A stretch of DNA of 64,000 nucleotides from Podarcis pityusensis (lineage: Eukaryota), in NCBI GenBank assembly GCA_964106645.2, contig OZ067039.1; one strand, written 5' to 3'. Positions 24,791-36,829 of the stretch are shown here, piece by piece. The notes beneath the pieces were generated by a model. The model saw nothing but the letters and a program-made list of their open reading frames with translations. It was not told the origin of the DNA and ran no database searches. A program made the translations under genes and the position numbers. The number at the start of each line of letters is the position of its first letter. Position 1 is the stretch's first letter.

Positions 24791-26167
24791 CTTGGCCTTT
24801 CCCTGTAGGCAGTCAGTCAACATCCCCAGCTATATGCACTTCCAGAACTTTATTCTGCCAATAACTGGAGTCAAAACAGATGAACAGAAGCCCCATGTGA
24901 TGTATTGGTTGCTGGCGGTGCCTTTTCTGAGTGCAAATGAGGGATCAAATGCTGTAATGCTGAGATCGGTAGCCTTTGGCTCACCAGATGTTGTTGGACT
25001 CCAACTCTCATCATCCCTAATCATTGGCTCTACTGTCTGGAACTGATGGGAGTCTGATAACACCTGCTATACACCAGCCTTTCCCTTGCTTGTTAATTTT
25101 GCATGGGGGTTTGATGTGCAGAAGCATCTTTCAGCCTCTGTAGTGGCAGCTTTGGATGCATTAGGCTAAGTGGGCCGCATGGTCTGCATCTGTTTGCTTG
25201 CTGTAGTCAAGCTGTGCAGTGAAGACAACACTGGGACACAGGTGCCTGCAAGTTCATTGGACCTCAGGTTGGTGCCAGCAATGACACAGTGCTTCAAGAC
25301 AGTGCCACACAAACAGAGAGTATGCTCTAATGAGTCCAGGGTACCCTTGCCTCATTTGCAATTGCACCTTGCAGAGAGGGAAAACTAGGTAATGATGACG
25401 ATGAGCAAGATTACCTTTGGGCAACTTTCATGCCACTTCTGATCTTACTGTAGACTGCCTGATATTCTTCTATAGATCCATTAGAATAAATTCATTGTAA
25501 ATCACTGGCCAAGAGTATCAATCACACTTTAATATTACAGATCAATATTATAGTAGGACCAGCTGGGATCGAGTCTCTTAGCAGGCTGCTCTTGCGGAAA
25601 GGAGAATTTGAAAAAGCTGTCCCGAGCAATTTAAGACATGTCTGTGCAAAGCTCATATTGGAACTAGGATACACCCAAGTGGAACATCTGACACCCACAC
25701 ATTGTGGGCATTAGTGTTACAGACCATCCCATTCCCCAGCACATCCTTGCAGTTCATTATAAGAGGTCTAGGACTCTGTAGCCATACTTCCAGTTGCATG
25801 CTACTGTGGTGCATCTAGAATGCAAGCTGCCACCATTGCCTTACATGGCCAGACAGACTACACTCAGGTGAGAAAGGAAAATGATACTTTGTTCCTCAAC
25901 CACAGAAGAAAGTCAGAAAGATGGGCTGGGCTGGGTATCATGTTCCATCCTATCAAATGATGTCCCTCCATACTTGAGGTTAATCTTATGAATGGAAGAA
26001 GAGTCCTGCTGGACCAGACCAAAGATCCCTCTAGTCCAGCATTCTTTCCCCCACAGTGACCAGACAGGTGCCCAAAGGAAGCCCAGAACTTTCTGCTTTG
26101 GTTGACCCACTCATACAAGGTAATACTTGCTTGTTGGCTAAAACAAAGCAAGACTAGATGGACTAGA

Positions 26168-26223
26168 AAGTTGGACTAGATGACCCTCAAGGTACTTTCC
26201 AACTCTACAGTTCTGTGATTCTG
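26168..26223 (+). mobile_element. CR1 3' terminal fragment
   Basis: TTGGACTAGATGACCCTC...TTCCAACTCTACAGTTCTGTGATTC. Confidence 0.75.
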
Positions 26224-27247
26224 TTTCAGAATGTCTTTCTCTCTTTTTTTAGGCTGATTCATCATTTATTCCTGTATTGATTATGTATTATTGTTGCTTA
26301 ATTGGTTTGTAACTGGTGTGCATGTTCCAATTGATAGATTGATTTAACTCTTCTTGCAAATTGCTTTGGGTGCCTATTTGGGTTCCTCTCCTCCCCTGAA
26401 AAAGGAGGGTGGGAATATGTTAAATAAAATAAAACAAAAAATAAATAGCGCAAAGAAACGTGCCGTTTCAATTATTTGCATGTTATTCAAAATCACCCAG
26501 CCTAACAGTGCCCTTTGAACATCACCAAATGTGTTCCATCATTAACAAAAGAGAGGGCATTGTGACTTTAAGCTATACCTGGGAGTAAGCTGCTGCAAAC
26601 TCAATGGGACCTGATTCAGAATAGGCACAGATAGGGTTGTGCTGTGCTGTCAGCTTCCTCCAATGCTTTTCCACAGTCTGATGACTGCATCAGTTTGGGT
26701 GACACATTTGTCCAGGTCACATGCAAATGAAAGATGGGCTGTAAGGAGACAGGCAACATGGAAAATATTCTTCCCAGTGTGCTGACAACACTGACAGGCC
26801 TCCTCACAGGCAGTACATTTATGCATTTCCATGTGTGTCTTATTAATATGACGAAAGGAGAGCAAAGGAGAAAGCAGTTCCCTATCTCTGTCAATCCAGC
26901 CGAAATGCCCAAAGCCCCCTTCTTTGAGTTCTTTGTAGTGACAGAAACTCAAACCAGTTTTATTGGCCAGTGCAGCAGCTTAGAAGTAGCACATTACGCT
27001 GTTAGCAGATGCAGGGCAGAGCAGCTGAAGTCAGACATCAAAAGTCCCTGCGGCTGTATAATTATATCTGACTACACTTGGAAGGAGTATGACTTAGGAG
27101 GGCAGAGGAGCCAAAATGTTTGCACTGTGAATAAGAAGGAACATGCATGGGCTGGATAACTACTATAAAAGCCAGTTCCAACAGCTCAGCTTTTCAGGAT
27201 CAAGTTCAACTGCAGGCAAAGCAAGAGACCCTCATGGGAAGGACTTC

Positions 27248-27440
27248 AGAAGAAGAGCTTGGCTGGACCAAGTCAATGGCCCATCTAGTCCAGCATCCTG
27301 TTCCCACAGTGGCCAACCAGATGCCTGTGTGAAAACCCACAAGCAGGACCCAAGCACAAGAGCTCTCTCCCCTCCTGCGATTCTCAGCATATAGCCTCTG
27401 ACCCTGGAGTCAGAGCCCAGCCATCATGGACAGTAGCTCC
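27248..27440 (-). mobile_element. CR1-type LINE 3' UTR fragment
   Basis: agaagagc...ggcccatctagtccagcatcctgttcccacagtggccaaccagatgcc. Related copies at ~25996-26090, 39241-39320, 46490-46683 (+) and 49500-49625 (+). Confidence 0.65.
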
Positions 27441-28052
27441 ATGATGTGATCGTGCAAGTTGCCTGTCTCTTCTGCCCTGAGATCTTTGGGGAAAGGGCAG
27501 GGTAAAATGGTGGTGAAACAAAGAATGGGTTGGATTCCACGTTGCTCTCAAGGAGAGGGGGATTTCCACCTGCTCTTCCCTCTGTCTTCCATACCCTACA
27601 CAGATGGAAAAATGGAAAGGGGAGGCAGGAAAGCCTCACAAATGAATATAAGCTCTGCTGCATTCATAAGCAGTAAGTTATGGTGGGACAAAGGCATCCC
27701 TACCAGTGTTCCCAATCCACCATTCAACCCCTATTCAGCAGATAGGGCCAGTTCAGTTTTGGACAGATCCTTCAGCATCTCACACACACACACCATGAAG
27801 AATTGGTGAACCCAGATCCTCTCTTTTATCCTGCCCCCAACTCCACTGCCTTCTATTGGCAGATAAATGGGTGGGTGGAACCTCTCCATAAACAGCGGGG
27901 CTAGGGAGACAAGGAGGTTGTGGTGGCAGTGCCATGGACCAAGGAGGAATGGCACCAGCAAGGAGGCAGTGCTGGGCTGTTGGCAGTAGCTCAGCTATGT
28001 CACTTGGTACTGTGAGGCCTATCAGTAGGATGTCCGAAGGCAACTAAAGGTT

Positions 28053-28364
28053 GGGCTATTCCAGACGGTTGCAGTTTTCACGTGGAATTCTGGCAAATTC
28101 AGGTTGCACAATTTAAAAAAAGTTGATTTGGAGTTCTTGCATGACAAACCAGTTTGTTTCCCCATCTTGAAATTGGACTTTTGCAATAAGCAAAATGATA
28201 GCGAAAATGGGATAACGATTGCTCGACACAATGCCATCTAATTTCCCAGCAAACAAATCCTGATGAATGCTCAATAAATCGCTGCCATTGTCTAACCTCC
28301 CTGCAAACCTTGTGCCAACAAATCAGGATGAATGCTCAATAAAACAGGTCATCTGGAAGTGACC
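28053..28364 (+). mobile_element. Best-preserved copy of bipartite-motif element; candidate old TIR MITE
   Basis: Motif units at 28250-28278 and 28315-28343. The end gtcatctggaagtgacc is an imperfect inverted match to gggctattccagacg at 28053. Confidence 0.55.
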
Positions 28365-28887
28365 ATCATCAGGATGGCTGGAGCTGATGGGAACTGCAAT
28401 CCAACAACATTTGGAGGGCAGCAGATTAGCAAAGCCTGCGCTGGGGTTCAACATGAGCTCTTTGTCAAGAATTGCTATGCCATATGAGGTAGAGAAGCAG
28501 TCCCAGGAAGCTTTTATGCCTCTTCCTTTGTGAAACAGCCAAAAGACATGAATATACCACAGACTAAGCTTGCATGATATACAGTACTGGGTTTCCTCAA
28601 GCCTCCTGGCAAAGTAATGTGGGCAGCCAAGCATCTCATCCAGAAAGTCAAATGTGAACACATAATTGTTCTTCGTCTGCAGCAAACACTGGAGACAGAT
28701 CAGAGAGAGCGTCCTCGGGTGTTGTCATTAGAACCAGCATCACATTAGAACCTGCATAAATCTAGGTTAGGTTATGGTATAAAATAGCACGAAAGGATAG
28801 TGGAGGTAACCTTGGCTGGCGCCTTCATGACAGATCTTTAAGTGGCAGGTGACAGCATTCCTCTTTTCCCAGGCCCTTGGCTAATTA

Positions 28888-29389
28888 AACAGCATCTTAA
28901 AAAGCAGAGACATCACCTTGCCGACAAAGGTCCGTATAGTTAAAGCCATGGTTTTCCCAGTAGTGATGTATGGAAGTGAGAGCTGGACCATAAAGAAGGC
29001 TGACTGCCGAAGAATTGATGCTTTTGAATTATGGTGCTGTAGGAGACTCTTGAGAGTCCCATGGACTGCAAGAAGATCAAACCTCTCCATTCTTAAGGAA
29101 ATCAGCCCTGAGTGCTCACTGGAAGGACAGATCGTGAGGCTCCAATACTTTGGCCACCTCATGAGAAGAGAAGACTCCCTGGAAAAGACCCTGATGTTGG
29201 GAAAGATGGAGGGCACAAGGAGAAGGGGACGACAGAGGACGAGATGGGTGGATAGTGTTCTCGAAGCTACCAGCATGACTTTGACCAAAGTGCGGGAGGA
29301 AGTGGAAGACAGGAGTTCCTGGCATGCTCTGGTCCATGGGGTCACGAAGAGTCGGACACGACTAAACGACTAAACAACAACAACAACAA
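28888..29389 (+). mobile_element. BovB (RTE clade) LINE 3' end
   Basis: ORF PTKVRIVKAMVFPVVMYGSESWTIKKA...RRIDAFELWC...SLEKTLMLGKMEG...VHGVTKSRTRLND and a (CAA)n tail. Confidence 0.95.
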
Positions 29390-29540
29390 ATGGCCTTTTA
29401 AATGTGTTTGTTGGAAGGCGGTTATTGGTTTGTTTTTGTTCTTGTTTTAGCATATACTTTGTGTTCTCATTTTGTATTTTTATGTTGTGAGCTGCCCTGT
29501 GATCTTTGGATGAAGGGCAGTGTACAAATTTAATAAACAC
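29390..29540 (+). mobile_element. L2-type 3' tail interrupted by the BovB
   Basis: Continues the ...ttcccaggcccttggctaatta sequence upstream of the BovB. An uninterrupted relative lies at ~57975-58200 (minus strand). Confidence 0.65.
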
Positions 29541-30093
29541 TATTAATATAGTATTATGAATAATAATTCGGTATGTGGGGCAGGGCCTGCAAGACAGGCC
29601 TGCATCCTCCTTCTCTACATATAATACATAGAGATGGTCTGTATGGGGCCTTTGCCTGTCTTTCTTTGTTGAGACCAGCCATCTGCTTGGAAAAGGATAT
29701 TGGATTAGTTCAGCATGATCTGTCTTCAAGGAACTCAATCTCTTAATAAGACATCCCCCCTGTATCTTTAAATCAGCTTTCACTCATCAACCCTCTACAT
29801 GTTTTGGACTACAAATGGAACTTATAGTAGTTGAGTTTTGAAACATCTGGAGGGTATCAGGTTGGCAAAGATGGTTTGAAGCCCTTTAAGTACCCATCAT
29901 TTATATTTCCTTTACTTGGCACTGAAGTTAAGCCAACAGGTCATCAGGTTATTTTTCTCTTTCTTGATGTGCTCCAGTGTCCAGATACCTTCCACCGAGT
30001 GCTGACAGGTTTGTGAAATAAAATCACCAGGCAGAGGAAAAATTCTTTTCATGCACCCACTCTTTTCATATCTGTGGATGTGCTGTAGACTTG

Positions 30094-30097
<4 letters not shown>

Positions 30098-30131
<34 letters not shown>
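30098..30131. repeat. (TA)n microsatellite
   Basis: Direct reading. Confidence 0.95.
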
Positions 30132-30133
<2 letters not shown>

Positions 30134-31350
30134 CATTAATTGAAATATTTGATCAAATAAATAAATGTCCTGACTGCTGTGCAAGTCGGTTAACTCTGAT
30201 CTTGGCGGCTCATTTCATTTCTTTTTGGTTCTGTTGCCCACCCTTGGAACATAGGTATCATAATATATCATTAAATGTGAGCCTCGGTTAATCTTTGTAA
30301 AGTGCAAAGTAATCCCTGCATAAAACCTGCATTATGACTGCCTGCATTGTTATTAGCATTACTAAGTAATATGAAACCTCAATCCCTCTTTCTTTCCTAG
30401 AACTCAGATGGTATATGACTGAGCGATGGGGGAGGAACAGCTCTGTAAAGATCATTGTCACCCTCTCACTGAGCTGTGTCAGAACTGTTTGCCTGGAATT
30501 CTTACCCCCATAGAGAGGGAGGCACAGGGAAGTGCTGATCATGTCTTATTTTCCCACTTTGGTCAGCATCCTCCCATTTGGTGAGCCACAATTCAGCTGA
30601 GAAAGACCCTCACCATGGAAAGGTGTCTCCTGTACAGAGAGTCTGCCTGTCTCTCTGTGTGAGGGGAATTGGGGAGTTAGGGGGAGGTCATTTCAGTTGT
30701 ATTAAGTACATAACAATCTCTAGCAACCTTCTCAGCATTTCACAAACCTAAAAATCCCAACCCCTCCTTAGGGGAAGCCATGATAGCGAAGCCAGTTTCA
30801 AAGAGCTTTAAAACTAATGTGTAGATAGGTCCTAAAAACTGCATACTGTTCTGGTATCATTGAAATTAATGCTGGATACAAAATCATCATCATATGATCC
30901 TTACATTATGTGTTTGCAAGAGAATGCTCAGGATTATATTTCCTCTGGAATGCAAATATCACTTTGGCCACTGGGATTCAAGTTTGGTGTTTGATCTCAA
31001 ATTAATATTTGCCCTTCAAAATTATCGTCTTTCAGTTATTGCAGAGAAAACTCATATGTGACTTACTCGGGTGTGTTCTGCTGACCCAACTTGGAAAGTA
31101 CTCTTCAGTCTGGATTTGATAACGCTTTGGAAAAATAAATAAGACTTGAACTTCAGAATCCATACCGTATTCCAAAATGTAGCCTTGCAACTTTCATTTT
31201 TGAATTTCAAATTGTGTCAAATTTCACCAATCTAGATAAGAAACCTACTCACCATCAAAGCCAAACATAACCTTTATGTACACACGGCATGAATAACACA
31301 ATCCTTCAAGTTATCATGTGCAAGCCCTATCAAAATGAATGGGGCTGCCT

Positions 31351-31778
31351 AGGTCTGGACAAATACCAATTTTCATTTCTCTCAGTTTCTCATTTTTCCA
31401 ATCTTCAGTTCACCACATTTTTGCAGCAATTTGTTGAGGTTTTTTGAAAATTTGTCAGCACATTACTTCAAATTTCCCTTGAATTTTGGTATGTATGTAT
31501 TTTTGACACATTTATACACATTTTTGCAAGCAATTTCCCCAAATAGAATGCATGTTTCTTTGGGTTTTTTTCACTTGATAGATGTATTTTACGCACATTT
31601 CCCCCATCATATGCATTTTTGCAAACAATTGTTTGGTTGGAGAAAAGTCCCGTAAAATTTGGATCAGGGTGAATTTTGAAGGATAACTGAATTTCTGTTC
31701 ACACATTGTTTTGAGAATTTTGAATTTGGCAGCTTCATAGTAAAATGCAAAGCTTGTTGGACTTCTCCCCCAGCTGTA
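31351..31778. mobile_element. Old hAT-like non-autonomous element (relative of 2556-2975)
   Basis: Patchy colinear similarity and degenerate TAGG...CTCCCCCAGCTGTA ends. Confidence 0.45.
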
Positions 31779-33763
31779 GTGCTGCCCCAAAGGCACACAA
31801 TGGCTTGGAATCCTAAAAACAAGTAAAAATATCATTGCCGCTCAGTTCAATTGGTGCATTGCTGTTAACAGTATATGTGTGCTTCCAAGAACAGAATATG
31901 CCCCAAGGTTCTGGCTGTGTGAATACAGGTGTGAATCCATAAGAGTTTATTTCAGTCTCTTATAGTCAAGTAGAGATGACTGCACATGGGCAAAAAAAAA
32001 TGTTCTTGTCAAGTTCTGTTTCTTGAAGCAGTAATGCATTTGGAGTTGTCACTGTGTCATTCTTGAACAAACAGGCATCTGTAAACAATGCCAAACCGAT
32101 TCACATATTAAACAATTGTAGAGTGAGCATCATATTGCCACAGGTCTCTGTCTCCTTTGTATAGCCAGCTCAGATTTTTTAAATTATTCATATCCAATTA
32201 TTACAAGCCTGCAGCTGACAAGACTATTAGATCAGATATTTTAAAATTATGAAGTGTGAAAAATATATTGTGAAAAAGCTGGCATTGGTTTCGATGCAGA
32301 GTCCAGTTAAACTGCCATGGCTGGATATAGTTACTTGGGTTTTGCACTTGATTTCAATGGAACTGGGAGCTAACCCACCCAATCTGCAACAGTTGAGAGG
32401 AATCTGTCATTCTCCAGATGTAACTGCACCACAATCCACATAATCTCTGTCTTGGGCTGATGTGAATTGGAGTCCAGCAATATCTGGAGAGCCAGAGGTT
32501 CCCTATCACTATGCAATAGCATCTTAACCATTTTGCAATTCTTTATTTGAGGTGCCACATTCCACGCCTAACTAACTTTTCCTTTCAAGTTGCAAGACTT
32601 CACCACTGGAATGTAAGTAGAATAAGTGGGTTGGTCTATTGGCAATGGACAGGGGAGTGGAAAAATAGAAAGGAGGGAGCCTTTTTGCTATTTGCAACTC
32701 CTCTGTTTCATCCCAGTCCTGAATTGTGCACTCCACCCCACAAGCTGCTAGGTGCAAAGAGTCTCACATACATAAAATATAGCATAGACCTCAGATTACA
32801 CAGACCTCAGTCATTACAAGATTACTGAAAGCGACAATACTGGGATCTGTGTAAACCATTGTTTCTGTATATTTCTTTGCAGGCAACAGAGGACTTTATT
32901 TGTTGTATTGTCCAACAAATAATGAGAATATTTCTGGATAGATTTCCCATGGTGAATGAACGGCGGAAGTTTCGAAGTCCCTTGGAAACACAGAAAAATA
33001 CATTTCCAGTCATGCCACTGTATTTGCTGTGGCAGTTCAAACACTGCAATTGGACAAACTAATATTTGATTAATTGCAAAGGTTGCTTTGGTTTTTAAAA
33101 TGGAATAGTTGCCCAAATACAGGAGACCTCTCACCTTGTTTTCAAAAGTCCTGTTTCCTTACCTTTTATTCATAAGCATATTTACTCAGAAGTCAGTCCC
33201 ATGGTATATGATTCTTATATTCTAATTTTATATTATGATAACCTTTGGTACAACAATAAACATTGATGGTCACAATGACGATGATTCAGAAAGGCACACG
33301 GGGAGAGAATTTAACATTAGTCGTTAAAGTCAAAACAACATTAAGAATTACTTTCCTCAAAGTAAAAAATCATTCTTCTAGCCCATCATAGTGGAATGGA
33401 TGCAGAAGTGTCCTACCATGAGTGGAATGCTTTCCCAGATCCTGTAATATTCTTGCAGAAGACAAGGGAACTGAAATCCAGAGGTGTGCTTCCACTTCCA
33501 TTGCCCTATTTCACAGCATCTTGAGATTGTGCAATCTCTTCCACAGTTTTGCGCAACTTCTCAAGATGCATGCTACGACCAAGCCTCACACAATCTCTTG
33601 CACAAGATCTCAAGACAGGAATACAGGAAGCTACCTTCTACCATTAGTCCGTCTTAGCTCAGTATTGCCTATATGGACTACCCAGGGCTTTCTAGGGTTT
33701 CACGTGTGCATGTAAAGGAGATGCCCTACCACTGTGCTACAGTCCTTCTTAAGGTCACATGAT

Positions 33764-34006
33764 TAGGGCTGCCACATGTCCAGTTTTCCCCAGACGACTG
33801 GGATTTCAAAGGTGGAATTGACGTCGGGGGGGGGGGGATTCTGATCTTAGGCAAGTTAATTGAAAATTTGCGGGGTTTTGGCTCAAAACCAAAAACTTTG
33901 GGGCTTGTTTAAAACTTGTTGCTCAACAATTTTGGAGTCTTCCTAAAAAAAGTTCAACAGCTTTCAGGGTGTCCTGGTTTTTACTTTTTGAAATATGGCA
34001 GCCCTA
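33764..34006. mobile_element. hAT MITE
   Basis: TIR TAGGGCTGCCA...TGGCAGCCCTA and a perfect 8-bp TSD cacatgat (33756-33763, 34007-34014). Confidence 0.92.
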
Positions 34007-34079
34007 CACATGATGTCTTTTGCTAACCATTGTATAACAGTTTGTGTAACAACACCATGGCCAGAATATAACCCAATTT

Positions 34080-34154
34080 TCTTCTTCCTCCATCCTTGCT
34101 TTGTTTACCATCTAGTCTTCTTCCTCCATCCTTGCTTTGTTTACCATCTAGTCT
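34080..34154. repeat. Perfect 36-bp tandem duplication
   Basis: tcttcttcctccatccttgctttgtttaccatctag twice, plus tct. Confidence 0.95.
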
Positions 34155-34740
34155 GATGTGAAGTTCTGGAGAACAGTTGCACACCATTTTTTTGAAATTT
34201 TTATTGGCCCAATTAAGGTACCACCCTGATGTGGATTCTGGATTAAAGAATAAAAATAAAAATGAGAGAACACTGTTACCTTTGCTTTCTGGGGGGGGGG
34301 GGGGTGTTATCTGTTGAAGTCTTTCATTGACATTCCATTGTGGAAGAATGGTGACTTTCAGGTCAGCACCATAGTGTCTTGGGAGACTGAAATGTTTTCC
34401 TGCTGGTTTTCTGAATGTCACCGTTTTTATTTTATGTCAGCTAGACTGGTAGAATTTTGTGAAGCATGACCGTTGGAAACAGTGTTTTTCCATTCAACAT
34501 GGAGAAGATAAACTTGAAGACAGGTTGAACCAATGGCATTTCTCCTCAGAATTCTTGATTCATCCGCCTCTGCCTTTTTTTCGGGTGAGCCAAGCAAAAC
34601 ATGCTTACACTAAGAGAATTGCCAGGCATTTTGAAAAGGAATTTGCCAAAGTGCATTACATAATATGAAAATGTTTGGGCTTGATTGACTGATTTGATTA
34701 TGAGCACTTACTCATTAGGGTATAATAATTGTAGTAATGG

Positions 34741-36442
34741 GCCGTATTGCTGCGGTAAAAATGAATGTATTGCCTAGAATGTTGTTTTTGTTTCAAACAT
34801 TGCAAATTGTGAACAAAATGGACTGTTTCAAGAGGTGGCAGAGAGATATTTCTAGATTTGTCAGGCAGGGCAAGAAGCCTAGAATAAAATTTAAAATATT
34901 AACAGATGCAAAGGAAAGAGGTGGATTTGCCCTGCCAGACTTTAAATTTTACTATGAATCAGCAGCTTTTTGCTGGTTGAAAGAATGGTTGCTTCTTGAA
35001 AACACTGACATTTTGGATCTAGAAGGTTTTAACAATGTATTTGGATGGCATGCATATCTGTGGTATGACAAGGTCAAAGCACATAAAGCATTTAAAAACC
35101 ATATTGTCAGGAAAGCATTGTTTAATGTCTGGATAAGATATAAGGACTTATTGGAAAATAAAACCCCAAGGTGGTTGTCACCGATGGAAGCAAAAGCTCT
35201 GAAAAAGCTCAATATGGAGGCCAAATGGCCGAAATATTGGGAAATTTTGGAACAAGACGGAGATAGACTGAAATTGCAGAGTTTTGAGAAATTAAAAAAC
35301 AAAGTGTGAGACTGGCTTCATTATTATCAGATAATGGAGGCATATAATTTGGACAAGAAAATTGGTTTCCAGGTGGAAAAATCAAAATTAGAAACAGAAC
35401 TGTTAGAACCCAAAACTAAGATTTTGTCAAAGATGTATAACTTGTTGTTGAAATGGAATATTCAGGATGAAACGGTGAAATCTGCTATGATTAGATGGGC
35501 ACAAGATGTTGGACATAACATAATGATGGCTGACTGGGAACAGTTATGGACCACAGGTATGAAGTTTACGGCATGTAATGCCTTAAGAGAGAATATTATG
35601 AAAATGATATACAGGTGGTACATGACCCCAGTCAAGCTTGCAAAAATTTATCATTTGCCCGATAATAAATGCTGGAAATGTAAAGAAACTGAAGGTACAT
35701 TCTTTCACCTTTGGTGGACGTGCCCAAGGATTAAGGCTTTCTGGGAGATGATCTATAATGAATTGAAAAAGGTATTTAAATATACCTTCTTGAAGAAACC
35801 AGAGGCCTTTCTCCTAGGCATAGTCGGCCAATTGGTGCCAAAGAAGGACAGAACTTTTTTTATGTATGCCACAACAACAGCAAGAATACTCATTGCAAAG
35901 TATTGGAAGACACAAGATCTACCCACTCTGGAAGAATGGCAGATGAAGCTGATGGACTACATGGAACTGGCAGAAATGACTGGCAGAATCCGAGACCAGG
36001 GAGAAGAGTCAGTGGAAGAAGATTGGAAGAAATTCAAAGACTATCTAGAGAAACATTGTAAAATTAATGAATGTTAGAATGATGAGAAATTAAGTGGTTT
36101 CCAGCTGTAATGCTTTAAGGGAATATGAAAAATGGGTTGTTAATAGGTGAAAATCTAACGTTACTATTTTAAGACCAAAGATTAGGATAAATAAAGAGGG
36201 TAAGGATTTGCTGAACCAACAAATTGAACTGGAATACAAAAAAGGGAGGTATGAGGAGGTCCGGGAAACAAGCTAAGGAAAAATAAGTAATGGAAAAATT
36301 GAGTGGTTTTTAATCATTTTTATTTTGTATTTTGTATTTTCTTTTTCTTTTTCTTTTTTATATTGTAACTTTGTATTTTCTTTTTCTTTTTCATTTTTAT
36401 ATTGTAATTTTCTGAAAATCTTAATAAATATCTTATAAAAAA
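34741..36442 (+). mobile_element. L1-clade LINE, 5'-truncated 1.7 kb (ORF2 C-terminal region with one premature stop, 3'UTR, A-tail)
   Basis: GRIAAVKMNVLPRMLFLFQ...GGFALPDF..YY and the CCHC motif CWKCKETEGTFFHLWWTC. An in-frame TGA at 35307-35309 joins the two ORFs. 19-bp TSD ataataattgtagtaatgg (34722-34740, 36443-36461). Confidence 0.95.
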
Positions 36443-36463
36443 ATAATAATTGTAGTAATGGCA

Positions 36464-36829
36464 GGTAAAAGGTAAAGGTAAATGAGCCCTGGATGGTTAA
36501 ATCCAGTCAAAGGCGACTATGGGGTTGTGGCGCTCATCTCGCTTTCAGGCTGAAGGAGCCGGCGTTTGTTCACAGACAGCTTTCTGGGTCATATGGCCAG
36601 CATGACTAAACCGCTTCAGGCGCAATGGAACACTGTGACAGAAGCCAGAGTGCATGGAAACGCTGTTTATCTTCCTGCCCCAGTGGTACCTATTTATGGT
36701 GTGCTAGGCTGGCAGAAGCTGGGACAGAGCAACAGTTAGCTCACCCCATCGTGCACATTCGAACTGCCAACCTTCTGATCCGCAAGCCCAAGAGGTCCAG
36801 TGGTTTAGACCACAGCGCCACCCGCTCCC
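36464..36829 (-). mobile_element. Sauria SINE (more diverged subfamily)
   Basis: Minus-strand head GGGAGCGGGTGGCGCTGTGGTCTAAACC, ACCTTT tail, and TSD ttgtagtaatgg(c/t)a (36450-36463, 36830-36843). Confidence 0.92.

Noticed and set aside
28250-28343. CRISPR-like repeat-spacer array
   Set aside because: Only two degenerate units per locus, the linkers are homologous between loci, the context is eukaryotic and there are no cas genes.
28881-29345. 154-aa minus-strand ORF as a gene
   Set aside because: Antisense shadow of the BovB ORF.
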